64,000 bases of DNA from an uncultured Staphylococcus sp. (GCA_964497255.1 CAZCCI010000001.1:69751-133750); one strand, 5' to 3'; shown: positions 39,223 through 47,890, counted from the first letter of the stretch. Numbers and translations: made by a program. The notes: generated from the letters alone by a model not told the origin.

Positions 39223-39480
39223 ATGAACGAAAAAGAACTCGCACAGGCGATTGAGACCGCAGTCAACAACTACTCTTTCGACCCGAAGAAAGTAGCCTCG
39301 CAAGTACCCATGATGCACCGTACTCTCCAGCAGAGCGTCTATCGGCTCTGCAAGGCTATCATCGAGGTTATCGGGGCTGACGACTATGCCACCGACCCTC
39401 GAAACCAAGCCTCTCACAACGAGGCGAAGGCAATGCTCAACTACCTCAAGGAGCATGGACGCTCTATCCCCATGATTTGA
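39223..39480 (+). CDS. Hypothetical protein
   Basis: MHRTLQQSVYRL..DPRNQAS; first ORF after hairpin C3. Confidence 0.75.
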   Translation: MNEKELAQAIETAVNNYSFDPKKVASQVPMMHRTLQQSVYRLCKAIIEVIGADDYATDPRNQASHNEAKAMLNYLKEHGRSIPMI

Positions 39481-39503
39481 CAACCCATTAAAACCATACG
39501 AAT

Positions 39504-39755
39504 ATGAATAAGAAATTCTACCTTGTAACAATGCTGATTGAATGTTCAGCAGAATGTATAACCGACACTCACGCCCTTTATGGAAACTATGAAAAGGCTA
39601 AGGAAGCGATGGCTGTCGAAATCGAGGAAGCTGCAGAGAACTTTGACGGACGAGAGGGAGAAACTCTTGTGGATGCCGAGACCTGCCGTGAATGGCGCAC
39701 CGAAGATGGTTACGGCTATACCGTAGGCATCGAAGAACTCACTCCGATAGAATGA
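39504..39755 (+). CDS. Small strongly acidic protein
   Basis: Glu-rich 83-aa ORF in operon. Confidence 0.7.
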   Translation: MNKKFYLVTMLIECSAECITDTHALYGNYEKAKEAMAVEIEEAAENFDGREGETLVDAETCREWRTEDGYGYTVGIEELTPIE

Positions 39756-39997
39756 AGACCATGGAAACCAGAGTAGAAAAAGTTCCCACTTACGCCCTGT
39801 GTTATCTGGTTAACGACGATGCTACCGGCCTCACAGAGCAGGAAGTCAACGAGATTGACCGCCTGCTCCGTGAGCAATCCGTGGAAATCGTCTGTCCGCC
39901 TTCAGATGAAGAATGGCAACCATATTTCAGCAACTCTCCGTGGTTCGGGATGCCATGTGAGGTGATTGATTGCGACATAGTATATCGTGTAACCTGA
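39752..39997 (+). CDS. Small acidic protein
   Basis: ATGA overlap; KVPTYALCYLVNDDATGL..PYFSNSPWFG. Confidence 0.7.
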   Translation: MKTMETRVEKVPTYALCYLVNDDATGLTEQEVNEIDRLLREQSVEIVCPPSDEEWQPYFSNSPWFGMPCEVIDCDIVYRVT

Positions 39998-40010
39998 TTA
40001 TTCCTGCGAT

Positions 40011-40283
40011 ATGAAGAAATTGTTATTGATACTCTTCCTCTATCTCTTGGTGGAGGGAGATAACGTGATAGGTGACGGACTGTATGTCTATCACCGTGGC
40101 AAACACGCCGTTGATGAACTGAAAACCAAAGTCGATGAATACTATCCGAGGATTGAAGCCGTGGATTCGGTTCTGATGAAAACCTTATCGGCGGAGAGCC
40201 TGCCTGCAACTGACGGCGAAATCGACACCATACCTCCGGAACGTGAGACTGTCAGAAGAAACAGAAAGGTCATTCACAGGTAG
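40011..40283 (+). CDS. Hypothetical protein with hydrophobic N-terminus
   Basis: MKKLLLILFLYLLV signal/anchor. Confidence 0.55.
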   Translation: MKKLLLILFLYLLVEGDNVIGDGLYVYHRGKHAVDELKTKVDEYYPRIEAVDSVLMKTLSAESLPATDGEIDTIPPERETVRRNRKVIHR

Positions 40284-40857
40284 GACGTTTCTTGCCGAGC
40301 CTCTCTGTCGGTATGCCATGCTTCCGCAGTACACGGAACAGCGTGGTCTTGCTGATGTTGTTGAGCCTTAATATCTCCCCGGTATTAAGGCCGGTGAGGT
40401 ACATGCTTATGACCCGACTGTCGCGTTGTGTCCTCCGTTCCTTGGCCGACGTTTGAACCGGGGACTGCGTTTGTAGCGGCTTTTCGCCGTTTCCTTTTTT
40501 AATGTCGGCCACATCTGATGCCAGTGTCTTTAACGCCGACACTATGTTCCTGTCCGATTCGCCGTCATAGAGTATGCCGGCGGTGTCAATCCTGTCCCCG
40601 ATTGAGACTAGCCTGATATTGCGGACTTCACAATATTCCAGCAGCACAGCCAGATTGGAGCAGCCATTGACAATGTGGCATAGCCGGGGTACAATTATCT
40701 CGTCATTGTTCCCGATCTGCCTGAGAAGGGTTCTTCTCTCCGGTCTTGTCTGAGTGTCGTATCTGCTTTCCATGAATATCCGGCAACATTCCGATTCTTC
40801 AATATTCCTGACTGTTGCATCATCTGCCGAATGTAATATGTATCCGTATCTTGCCAT
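40270..40857 (-). CDS. Resolvase-like protein with C-terminal HTH, catalytic motif apparently lost
   Basis: RPERRTLL..NDEIIVPRLCHI..IRLVSIGDRIDT resolvase body; ISKTTLFRVL HTH; no YxRVS. Confidence 0.7.
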   Translation of the reverse strand: MARYGYILHSADDATVRNIEESECCRIFMESRYDTQTRPERRTLLRQIGNNDEIIVPRLCHIVNGCSNLAVLLEYCEVRNIRLVSIGDRIDTAGILYDGESDRNIVSALKTLASDVADIKKGNGEKPLQTQSPVQTSAKERRTQRDSRVISMYLTGLNTGEILRLNNISKTTLFRVLRKHGIPTERLGKKRPTCE

Positions 40858-41111
40858 CTGTAATGCGCTATTATCTTTATTTCATGCAAAGATAACACAT
40901 ATAGATAATATTATCATCTGGGCTACAGCTTTTTAACTATATAAATATAATCTCCTTTTGTAAATAATGTTAGCAAAAGTAGTCGATATTTATATACGTT
41001 TCCGTGCATCTTTCTTAGTATCTGCGACATAACCCGATTATAAATAACAGCCCCATTCATAAAGAAGATTAAAGCCTTGAACACAGGCTTTTACGGAATG
41101 TTTTACGGACT

Positions 41112-41119
41112 TATCTTTG
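41112..41119 (+). promoter_or_regulatory. Conventional -7 element for 41138 operon
   Basis: TATCTTTG 19 nt upstream of start codon. Confidence 0.55.
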
Positions 41120-41137
41120 CACCCGGATTAACCAATC

Positions 41138-41605
41138 ATGCTATTTTTAATGACAAACGGAACCATAGAAAGATTTTTAGAGTCGGGCGCGTTGAAGCTC
41201 CCGGCCATCATCAGACCGAGACTCGAAAACAGGACAGCCCGTGAGGTATATGATGATTACGCACTGCTTGACTTCTCTCTTCCTGAAGCTCTGGCTTTCG
41301 AGGATTTCTGCAATGAACTGGGCGAGTCTTACGGCACCATCGAGCTTTACCGTCACTGGCGCTCGGAAGACACCGATTACGGCCAGTCGGTGTGTGCCTT
41401 TCAGGAACCCGGCACCGGCGTGATGTTTCAGATTTGCGCCACTTCAAATTCCTGCGGGAAAATCACCGGGGTTGATGTGAAGCTGTACTTCTCTCTCGAA
41501 AGGATGCTTGCAGAGCTGCGAGAGACGCTACGCAGAGCCGCCGTGCAATCCGGCAAGTTCGCATACCGCATATCGGAAGAGGAACTGCTGAGTTATTTCC
41601 TCTGA
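41138..41605 (+). CDS. Hypothetical protein
   Basis: Long ORF with promoter; coupled to next gene. Confidence 0.7.
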   Translation: MLFLMTNGTIERFLESGALKLPAIIRPRLENRTAREVYDDYALLDFSLPEALAFEDFCNELGESYGTIELYRHWRSEDTDYGQSVCAFQEPGTGVMFQICATSNSCGKITGVDVKLYFSLERMLAELRETLRRAAVQSGKFAYRISEEELLSYFL

Positions 41606-41958
41606 TGACGGACGCCCTTGCCAACCACCTGATAGATGTCATCGACTGGCACAGGACATGGATAAAGGCTGTTGATTTCGGTTCATTCCGTAACGGAGTG
41701 GCCGTAAATGATGCGTCGATAATGAAAGTCACATCAAAGGTCTTTCGCCTTGAAGTCAGGATAGGTCTTTACGGATACAGGCGCGGAACGATAATATCAA
41801 TTCCGGAAGACCGGATTGACAAGGCTATATCCGATTGTTCCGGCCATGACAGTTCGATGATTGCACGGATCAGCACTCTTTCCCTGACATTCAATGATGT
41901 CAATATGATTTTCTCCAAAGCCTCGTGGGAAACACTCGAATTAGAACTTGAGGCATAA
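41605..41958 (+). CDS. Hypothetical protein
   Basis: TGATG overlap with upstream gene. Confidence 0.65.
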   Translation: MTDALANHLIDVIDWHRTWIKAVDFGSFRNGVAVNDASIMKVTSKVFRLEVRIGLYGYRRGTIISIPEDRIDKAISDCSGHDSSMIARISTLSLTFNDVNMIFSKASWETLELELEA

Positions 41959-41977
41959 CAAGACAAAGATTACCAAT

Positions 41978-42472
41978 ATGCAAATGTTCCTTCATTTTTA
42001 TCCGGCAATAGTCACCATGCTGTCGATGTTCTTCTATCGCCGTGATACGCCGGGGATGCAGAAGTTCTATCGCCGGATGACGTTCAGCCTGTCGGCACGC
42101 AAACTTTTCGTATCGCTCCTTATGCTGCTGATGCTCTCCTTCAACTTCTGCTATCTGCAGAGTTACGGAGTGAACTGGGCCCTTGGAGTGGGTACGGTCC
42201 TATGCCTGTCGATGTTCTCTTTCCGCATAACTGAACGCAGCATCTTCTGGCTGCAGACCCGCCTCGGCATTGGACTTGGATTCATAGCCATGCTGACCTG
42301 CGTCATCGAACCGGCGATATGGCCTCTTTCAATGAATCTATACATATTCTCTATCGGTTCGGTCTTCTATCCGTCGGAAGAACTGATGCGGCAACTGAAG
42401 TCGCCGGAGAATTTTTCCCGATATACCGCTTGTGCGGACAGCACTCTTATATCAGGATACTATTCGCGTTGA
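41978..42472 (+). CDS. Hypothetical multi-pass membrane protein
   Basis: Several hydrophobic segments. Confidence 0.7.
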   Translation: MQMFLHFYPAIVTMLSMFFYRRDTPGMQKFYRRMTFSLSARKLFVSLLMLLMLSFNFCYLQSYGVNWALGVGTVLCLSMFSFRITERSIFWLQTRLGIGLGFIAMLTCVIEPAIWPLSMNLYIFSIGSVFYPSEELMRQLKSPENFSRYTACADSTLISGYYSR

Positions 42473-42605
42473 CTCCGGGAGGGTTGTCGTTCTGCAAAGT
42501 TAATCGCCGCATCCGGTTACTCTCCAAAACGGGCCGCCGGTCTCGCTGAGATTTTGGTTCGTAAGATACGGCAACTTGTATGGCAGAAAACAACCCGTTT
42601 CCCGA
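42473..42605 (+). promoter_or_regulatory. Long hairpin F1, candidate ssDNA promoter nearest oriT
   Basis: CAAAGTTA (42495-42502)-N22-CAAA; gggttgt/acaaccc, ttctgc/gcagaa, gccg/cggc, ccaaaa/ttttgg. Confidence 0.65.
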
Positions 42606-42656
42606 AGCCAATGAGAATGGTTCTCGAAGGTGAGGGAAACAATAAATCCCAGCACT

Positions 42657-43034
42657 ATGGATAAAGAATATGTAATGCAGATTGCGGACACTATCCGCCA
42701 ACAGTTGCTCGCAACCACACCCATGAACGTAATCTGTTCGTGGGGCGCACTCCACGGCTTCTTCGCCACCGTACACAAGGGTATGGCAACCCTTATGTTC
42801 AAAGTGAACGGCAGGCTTTTCAAGGGAAACGTGCTAATCTCCTACAACGAGATGGACTATTACGAAATCTATCTCAAGGACGCAAACGGCATCCGGCTTG
42901 CTCACCCGGAGGTGTATTTCGACCAGCTCGGAGACATCATAGACGAGACCATTGAGCGCGGAACCGATGCCGCAGAATACAACGCTTTCTGCGAGGCTGA
43001 GAAAGTAAAGCTGATGCGCGGAGAGATTGGCTGA
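42657..43034 (+). CDS. Hypothetical protein
   Basis: IADTIRQQL..VICSWG..FKVNGRLFKG..VYFDQLGDIIDETIERG. Confidence 0.75.
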   Translation: MDKEYVMQIADTIRQQLLATTPMNVICSWGALHGFFATVHKGMATLMFKVNGRLFKGNVLISYNEMDYYEIYLKDANGIRLAHPEVYFDQLGDIIDETIERGTDAAEYNAFCEAEKVKLMRGEIG

Positions 43035-43191
43035 ACTCGATGCGGAGGCACAGGATGCCACCGACCGGCTACGGCACGGGGCATCCAGGCTCTCTGCTTC
43101 TGACAGCGGCAGTCCATTTTTATCCCTTCCATTAAGACATTTACCTCTTATTATTTGATAATAAACCTCTATTCAATTACCACATCCCTCA

Positions 43192-44034
43192 ATGACCAAA
43201 ACCAAGTATAACCGCCAGACGCCCCACAGCCGCTTATGGAGTGTGAGGCTCACCCCGGAGATTATGGACTACCTTGCCGCGCCTACCAAGTTCGGTGCTT
43301 CGAGGCTCACTGCCTATCTCTACCTTCTGCACAATGTCGCGGAAACAAAGACCCCTTATAAGCCTGCCTATGGACAGACATTCAATCTGGAAACCGGCCA
43401 GCTCGTAATCTCGATTACAGACCTTGCCGACCGTTGGAACTGGGCACGCGAGACAGTGCGCAAGTTCTTCGACCAGCTTGAGGTTTTCGGACTTCTGTCG
43501 AAGACACCTCTTGACCGCTGTTCTCTCGTTACCATGACGATGGACTGGCCGGATATCGCATACGCCCCTGCCTTCATTATGCCGCAGGTACCGTTCAAGG
43601 TGCCGGAACCGCTTGCCGACAAGATGGACGAATGGCTTGACGGCAATATAACCGATTCCGAACTTGTAGAGACAATCGTAGAAACGCTCGAATCCTTTGA
43701 CAAGGAAGACGATGTTGCTTATTCGCACAAGATATCCTCCTTACAGTATTCACTGATTCGGCAGATGATTGGGAAATGGCACAACCGCCCGGCAGAGCTT
43801 CCCGAGACGGCAGACTCTTATAGCAACGAGTGCCTTGGACGCATCTTCAATGTGTGTCTATCCGGCAACTGGTCGGACTGGCTCCGTCTCCTTAAGGGTT
43901 GCAGTCCCGGTCTTGACCATGAGACATCCGTTATCAAAGCGGTCAAAGAATCATCCTCTATTACGGACGCCCGGTCTGCGCTCGACGGATTCTTCAACCA
44001 TTTGAAAGTCGATTTCATCAAGGACAGCCTCTAA
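43192..44034 (+). CDS. wHTH DNA-binding protein next to oriT (Rep/auxiliary-like)
   Basis: GQLVISITDLADRWNWARETVRKFFDQLEVFGLL resembles replication-initiator wHTH. Confidence 0.6.
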   Translation: MTKTKYNRQTPHSRLWSVRLTPEIMDYLAAPTKFGASRLTAYLYLLHNVAETKTPYKPAYGQTFNLETGQLVISITDLADRWNWARETVRKFFDQLEVFGLLSKTPLDRCSLVTMTMDWPDIAYAPAFIMPQVPFKVPEPLADKMDEWLDGNITDSELVETIVETLESFDKEDDVAYSHKISSLQYSLIRQMIGKWHNRPAELPETADSYSNECLGRIFNVCLSGNWSDWLRLLKGCSPGLDHETSVIKAVKESSSITDARSALDGFFNHLKVDFIKDSL

Positions 44035-44169
44035 AACGTGCCTTGCTTGCTTCCGGTAATAGCGGGTACACGACGGTTGCAGGAGGCCATTCCGAGCCTC
44101 TCTGATGTGCGCTGTGCGCCTATCCGGGTATATGCCTGACCGATTCCCGTGGTCATCGTCCAGGTTGGC

Positions 44170-44300
44170 TTATAGACAACGCGCTTGCGCGAAGTTGCCG
44201 GATTGTGAACCACCCGGGTAGCCTAATACCCCCTTCGGATTGAAAATCCTCTGGGAGTTGCCGTATCCGGCAGGCTGTTACGAGCAAGCTCGGCCTTTTT
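44170..44300. other. Candidate oriT
   Basis: Intergenic region just upstream of the relaxase with short inverted repeats (cgagc-aa-gctcg) and CCTCTGGGAGTTG (44248-44260), a motif I recall upstream of Bacteroidetes mobV genes. Confidence 0.5.
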
Positions 44301-44333
44301 AGAACTGTGTTTAACGCTCTAATTTACACTTAT

Positions 44334-45797
44334 ATGGCTAAACAGGCAATTGACTTCCATGCCTCGGCAGGAATGTCAACCAATCAGTCCAACGAGCATC
44401 AACGGCGTTGGTCTGACAGAAGCTGGAATGTTGCCGTCAAGGGCGGCAACTATGACCGCACCCGGGCGCATCTCAATTTTGAGGTGACCCGGGGAGGTGT
44501 AGTACAACCGATAGATCATACAAAGAGTATTCCCCGGCGCATCAAGGAGACGCTTGCGGAACGGGGAATAATCGACCCTAATGAGGAAATGAAGCGTAAA
44601 GGAAAGGAGCCTAATCGCCGAACCGTTGTCAATATCATCTTCGGAGGAAGCCGGGACCGGATGCACCGTCTGGCTTTCGGCAATCAGACAGTTGATTTGG
44701 AACATGGTGCGGACAATTCATCCATCACCAGATGTAAAGACATCGAAAATTGGGCGAAAGACATTTACAGATTCGCATGTGACAAATGGGGCGAAGAGAA
44801 TATCGTTGGTTTCTACGTTCACCTGGACGAAAAGAATCCGCACATTCATTGCACCGTGTTGCCAATCACGCCTCGTAATAAATTTTCGTTCAAGGAATTG
44901 TTTGCGGGAAAAGATAAAATCGAGTTCAAAGAACGCACTCTCCGGCTTCATAATGAGCTTGCCGCAGTTAACGAGCGATGGGGACTTGGTCGTGGTCAAA
45001 GCATCATGGAGACAGGGGCCCGTCATCGGACTTCCGAGAAATATCGCAGGGAACTACGTCAGGAGTGTAACGACCTGGAAGTTCAGATAAGCGACAGACA
45101 TGAGACATTGAAGGAGCTATATACGGATATCCGTAAGGCAGAGAAACGCTGCAAGGGTCTCAATACGATGATCGGAAATCTTGAGACACGCGAGGCAGAC
45201 CTCAATGACCAGATTGACCGACTGGAGTCTGACCTCGAATCAGGGAACGGCGATGCCGAAGAATTGCGTCAGCGAATCTCCGGCCTTGAGGATGAACTTC
45301 GTGTCACCGAATCATCACTTGAAGACAAACGCCAAAAACTCAAGACCGCCGACCGGCAGCTCGCACAGCTTCAGGATGAATTGAAGTCTGCCAACGAGAA
45401 ACGCTCCAATGCGATGAGAGAATACCACAATTTCACGGAGAAGAACCAGGAGCAGATGCGCATGAGACTGACGGATGCCGTGTTCGGAAGGTCTGTTGTC
45501 GATATGCGCTCTCTGCTGGCGGCAATGACGCCGGAACAGAAAGCCGGCTTCGACGGGGAATTTCTCATGGCAATGGCAGAGAAGCCCAACGAGATCCTGA
45601 AATGCGCGATGTATCTGTTCGCCGGATATCTCGACGGGGCAATTCAGTTCGCCAAGGGAAGCGGCGGCGGTGGCTCTGCGTCCGACCTTCCGTGGGGCCG
45701 CGATCCGAATGAGGATGACCGTCGCTTTGCCTACCGTTGCATGATGCAGGCGCACAAGATGCTCCGTCCGGCGCCCAAGCAGGTAAAACGACATTGA
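44334..45797 (+). CDS. mobV: MOBV (Mob/Pre) relaxase
   Basis: NEHQRR motif I, DRTRAHLN, VHLDEKNPHIHCT motif III, long coiled coil. Confidence 0.9.
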   Translation: MAKQAIDFHASAGMSTNQSNEHQRRWSDRSWNVAVKGGNYDRTRAHLNFEVTRGGVVQPIDHTKSIPRRIKETLAERGIIDPNEEMKRKGKEPNRRTVVNIIFGGSRDRMHRLAFGNQTVDLEHGADNSSITRCKDIENWAKDIYRFACDKWGEENIVGFYVHLDEKNPHIHCTVLPITPRNKFSFKELFAGKDKIEFKERTLRLHNELAAVNERWGLGRGQSIMETGARHRTSEKYRRELRQECNDLEVQISDRHETLKELYTDIRKAEKRCKGLNTMIGNLETREADLNDQIDRLESDLESGNGDAEELRQRISGLEDELRVTESSLEDKRQKLKTADRQLAQLQDELKSANEKRSNAMREYHNFTEKNQEQMRMRLTDAVFGRSVVDMRSLLAAMTPEQKAGFDGEFLMAMAEKPNEILKCAMYLFAGYLDGAIQFAKGSGGGGSASDLPWGRDPNEDDRRFAYRCMMQAHKMLRPAPKQVKRH

Positions 45798-45935
45798 CAA
45801 TGAATGAGTGCCGGAAAGTAGTGTCGATTTCATGATACTTATAAAGCGACTTAAATAATCGGCTGATTCATAGAGTATATTTCGCTATCGCATCTTTTAT
45901 GTTTTCCTTTGCACTCAAATTTCAAAACCAATCAG

Positions 45936-47438
45936 ATGAAACACAAAACATACATACTCGCAGCAGCACTGATGGCAAGTGCCGTCAGTTCAGACGCTTT
46001 CGCTTACGCCCAAACATCCCGGACACATCCCGGTGATGTCATGGAGCTTATCTACAAACCGTCAGTCTCATATAACAAAGATGTTGTCGAGTCTCCCGGA
46101 TGGAAAGGCAACTGGTTCATCGGAGCCGACGGCGGCATCAATGCTTTCCTTGGCACCCCTATGGGATGCAATGACCTCGGCGGCCGCATCAAAGGACAGT
46201 TCGGCATCAACGCCGGCAAGTGGTTCACCCCGACTGTAGGCAGCCGGCTGTCATTTAACGGTTACTGGCTCTCAAGTCCCGAAAGTAAAACCCAAACCGG
46301 ATGGAGCGTATCCTCCGAAATCCTATTGAATCTCACGAACTCCCTGTATGGCAACCATGACAAGACACGCTTCGGACTGATTCCGTATCTCGGTGTGGGG
46401 ATGCTCCACAACAGACAGGCACAGACAAATCCTTTTGCCCTCAGCTATGGTGTCATTGCCCAATACGGACTTACTTCCAGACTGAAGTTGAATCTCGAAT
46501 TAGGTTGCAAGACCACATTCTCAGACTTCGACGGATTCGGAACTGCAAACCGCTTCGGTGGTGACAACATATTGTCTCTGTCTGCCGGAGTATCTTTCAC
46601 ACTGGGCAGTCCGGGATTCCGCAAGGTCGTTGATGCCAGACCTGTGATGCTGGATAACTCGCGTATGCGGGAACTTTGCCTTTCACTCTCGGATGAGAAT
46701 GGCCGGTTGTCGCGTAAATCTTCCAACGATGACCGTATTGTTGCCGAATTGAAGAAGATTCTGGAGATTGAAGGTTTGCTTACCCGATACGGTAATATCT
46801 TCAATAAGGAATATGACAATGACGATACCGTCAGTCATTACCCGGTCAATGATTATTCCGGTCTTAACAGTCTTCGCGCAAGGCTCAAGGGTGCTAAGAA
46901 TGATTACAGTTCCAAGATGCTCATGGACATTGAAGATCTTGATGGAATTGATGATGAGACTGACTACATCGACAGCCTGATCAATGGTGAGCCTACCGAT
47001 TCAATAGCCGGATTAGGATTTGCCGGTAATGGCAGTGCCTCCTCGGATTCAGTTGACGTATTGAATAATGACTATTATCTGACACTCATTCAGTCCGGGA
47101 AGAAGTGCATCGGCAGTCCGATATTCTTCTTCTTTGACCTCGGAACAACTAATCTGACCGATAAGTCTCAGCTTGTAAATCTCGATGAGATTGCCCGTGT
47201 CGCCAAACAGTATGGGCTTATTCTGCGAGTGACCGGAGCTGCAGACAGCGAAACCGGAACCGGTGAAATCAATCACCGACTCGGCAACGACCGTGCCGAT
47301 TATATCATCAGTCAGCTTCGGCAACTAGGCATCAGCACCTCCCTCATAACAAAAATCAACCAAGGCGGCATCGACCGCTTCAATCCCGGCGAAGTCAACC
47401 GCCACTGCAAGATAGAACTATTTCTTACTGCCAAATAA
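45936..47438 (+). CDS. OmpA-family outer membrane protein
   Basis: Signal peptide, beta-barrel GNWFIG..GKWFTPTVGSR, C-terminal VTGAADSETG..RLGNDRADYI. Confidence 0.8.
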   Translation: MKHKTYILAAALMASAVSSDAFAYAQTSRTHPGDVMELIYKPSVSYNKDVVESPGWKGNWFIGADGGINAFLGTPMGCNDLGGRIKGQFGINAGKWFTPTVGSRLSFNGYWLSSPESKTQTGWSVSSEILLNLTNSLYGNHDKTRFGLIPYLGVGMLHNRQAQTNPFALSYGVIAQYGLTSRLKLNLELGCKTTFSDFDGFGTANRFGGDNILSLSAGVSFTLGSPGFRKVVDARPVMLDNSRMRELCLSLSDENGRLSRKSSNDDRIVAELKKILEIEGLLTRYGNIFNKEYDNDDTVSHYPVNDYSGLNSLRARLKGAKNDYSSKMLMDIEDLDGIDDETDYIDSLINGEPTDSIAGLGFAGNGSASSDSVDVLNNDYYLTLIQSGKKCIGSPIFFFFDLGTTNLTDKSQLVNLDEIARVAKQYGLILRVTGAADSETGTGEINHRLGNDRADYIISQLRQLGISTSLITKINQGGIDRFNPGEVNRHCKIELFLTAK

Positions 47439-47449
47439 AACTACTTTTT

Positions 47450-47515
47450 CATAGTTGGGTTAACTAACTTTCCATAATGCGAAGCAGCTCGACCGTGAGG
47501 CCGGGCTGCGTTGTT
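47450..47515 (+). ncRNA. CCGTGAGG-loop hairpin with AT-rich leader (Bacteroidales-1-like motif or terminator)
   Basis: gcagctcg-accgtgaggc-cgggctgc preceded by atagttgggttaactaac. Confidence 0.35.
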
Positions 47516-47542
47516 TCATTATACTTTGTTGGTTGACACTGT

Positions 47543-47890
47543 CTATCGCTTGATTGGTGTGTAGTCTATAGTAGCTTCTTCGTCGGTGGCTTCGAGCTTG
47601 AAAATCACAGGGCGCAATCCATCATTGCAAGAACAAATGGCCACTCCGGGTTTTCTTATCCAATCACCATAGTAAAATAATTCATTACCTGCACCGTGAG
47701 CCAACGCAAACGCATATTGGTATATCGCTTTCCATGCCTCGTCACAGAAACCTTCCGGTTTGGCATAGTCGCAATAGTATACTTCTCCCTCTTTGTGCAT
47801 CGGGCATCGGTTCAAGCCCTCTGCTCCATATTCTTTGGCGAGATCTTCATTTAGCATGGTTCGCAGAACCGTAATCTTCACTTTTTTCAT
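47543..47890 (-). CDS. TIGR04076-like protein
   Basis: KVKITVLR..CPMHKEG..KPEGFCDEAW..CNDGLRPVIFKLE. Confidence 0.8.
   Translation of the reverse strand: MKKVKITVLRTMLNEDLAKEYGAEGLNRCPMHKEGEVYYCDYAKPEGFCDEAWKAIYQYAFALAHGAGNELFYYGDWIRKPGVAICSCNDGLRPVIFKLEATDEEATIDYTPIKR

Noticed and set aside
19456-42605. CRISPR array
   Set aside because: Repeats are long, divergent and separated by kb-scale genes; no regular repeat-spacer period and no cas genes.
19456-42605. Integron attC sites
   Set aside because: Hairpins precede rather than follow ORFs, I saw no consistent RYYYAAC/GTTRRRY ends, and the integrase looks like an ordinary Bacteroidales ICE integrase. Not fully excluded without an IntegronFinder run.
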